A program made the translations under genes and the position numbers. A model generated the notes under the pieces. The model did no database searches. It worked only from the letters and a program-made list of their open reading frames with translations, and was not told the DNA's origin. A stretch of DNA of 215 nt from Escherichia coli. Its GTDB lineage: Bacteria > Pseudomonadota > Gammaproteobacteria > Enterobacterales > Enterobacteriaceae. Numbering within the stretch: position 1 is the stretch's first letter; every line of letters starts with the position of its first letter. The stretch lies in NCBI RefSeq assembly GCF_003334335.1, contig NZ_QOWQ01000243.1; one strand, given 5' to 3'. Positions 1 through 215 of this stretch are shown piece after piece.

Positions 1-215
1 ACGGAATTTATCCGTGAAGGTGTGGGCGTTCATGCGTTTAACGGCGAAATCTTTGTGCAGCCGGTCTGGGATACGGAAACCACGCAGTTATTCCGTACGC
101 GTTTTAAAGCCGTGAGTCCGAAACGGGTGGACACGCCTGGACACGGTATGGGGAACCGTTTTCTGCGGGCCGGTGTGGAGGTCGATCGATATGGCCGTGC
201 CGTCGCGTACCATAT
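1..215 (+). CDS. Phage portal protein, lambda family (gpB homologue); internal fragment, partial at both 5' and 3' ends, codon phase 0 at nt 1
   Basis: Seen in sequence: frame +1 is open across the full window (71 codons plus 2 nt), while frames +2 and +3 contain stops (e.g. TGA at nt 14-16 in frame +3 and TGA at nt 113-115 in frame +2). Translation: TEFIREGVGVHAFNGEIFVQPVWDTETTQLFRTRFKAVSPKRVDTPGHGMGNRFLRAGVEVDRYGRAVAYHI. Established knowledge, recalled from memory and not database-verified: lambda gpB contains a segment of the form IREGVAMHAFNGELFVQATWDTSSSRLFRTQFRMVSPKR...RAGV, which aligns colinearly with this translation at roughly 55-60% identity. The matches are strongest in IREGV, HAFNGE, FVQ, WDT, LFRT, VSPKR and RAGV. 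Codon usage (cgt, ggc, gtg, ccg, gaa, aaa) is typical of enterobacterial genes. Confidence 0.85.

Noticed and set aside
148-150. In-frame ATG (Met in HGMGN) as a possible alternative start of the CDS
   Set aside because: The portal homology extends well upstream of it in the same frame, and no Shine-Dalgarno-like motif precedes it, so it is an internal methionine codon.
182-189. 8-bp palindrome tcgatcga containing a GATC (Dam) site, with overlapping ClaI-like and PvuI-like hexamers
   Set aside because: Too short to indicate a regulatory site or hairpin. Such palindromes and GATC sites occur by chance at this frequency in enterobacterial DNA, and it lies inside the coding sequence.
10-215. 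Long open reading frame on the reverse strand (no stop from window nt 215 down to about nt 24, about 64 codons, ending at a TGA that is the reverse complement of nt 31-33)
   Set aside because: It is antisense to a frame with strong homology to a known protein family. Stop-free antisense frames are common in GC-rich coding DNA. Its translation shows no motif I recognise and I see no start or RBS context.
1-215. Possibility that the window carries a novel defence or otherwise undescribed system, as suggested by the task prompt
   Set aside because: The entire window is accounted for by one conserved phage structural gene fragment. There is no intergenic space, no unexplained repeat architecture, and no atypical composition that would point to anything beyond a portal protein gene.

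Overview
The whole 215-bp window is an internal fragment of a single protein-coding gene on the + strand, in frame 1 (codons start at nt 1), with no stop codon and no start or end inside the window. The 71-residue translation (TEFIREGVGVHAFNGEIFVQPVWDTETTQLFRTRFKAVSPKRVDTPGHGMGNRFLRAGVEVDRYGRAVAYHI) closely resembles, from my recollection, the central region of the lambda-family phage portal protein (lambda gpB). G+C is about 56% by hand count (120/215) and codon choice is enterobacterial in style, so this is most likely a lambdoid prophage or phage head-morphogenesis gene in an Enterobacteriaceae-type background. I see no RNA gene, CRISPR repeat, promoter, terminator or mobile-element boundary in the window. 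I find no support for a novel or undescribed system here: this looks like an ordinary, conserved phage structural gene, and the window is too short to judge its neighbourhood.
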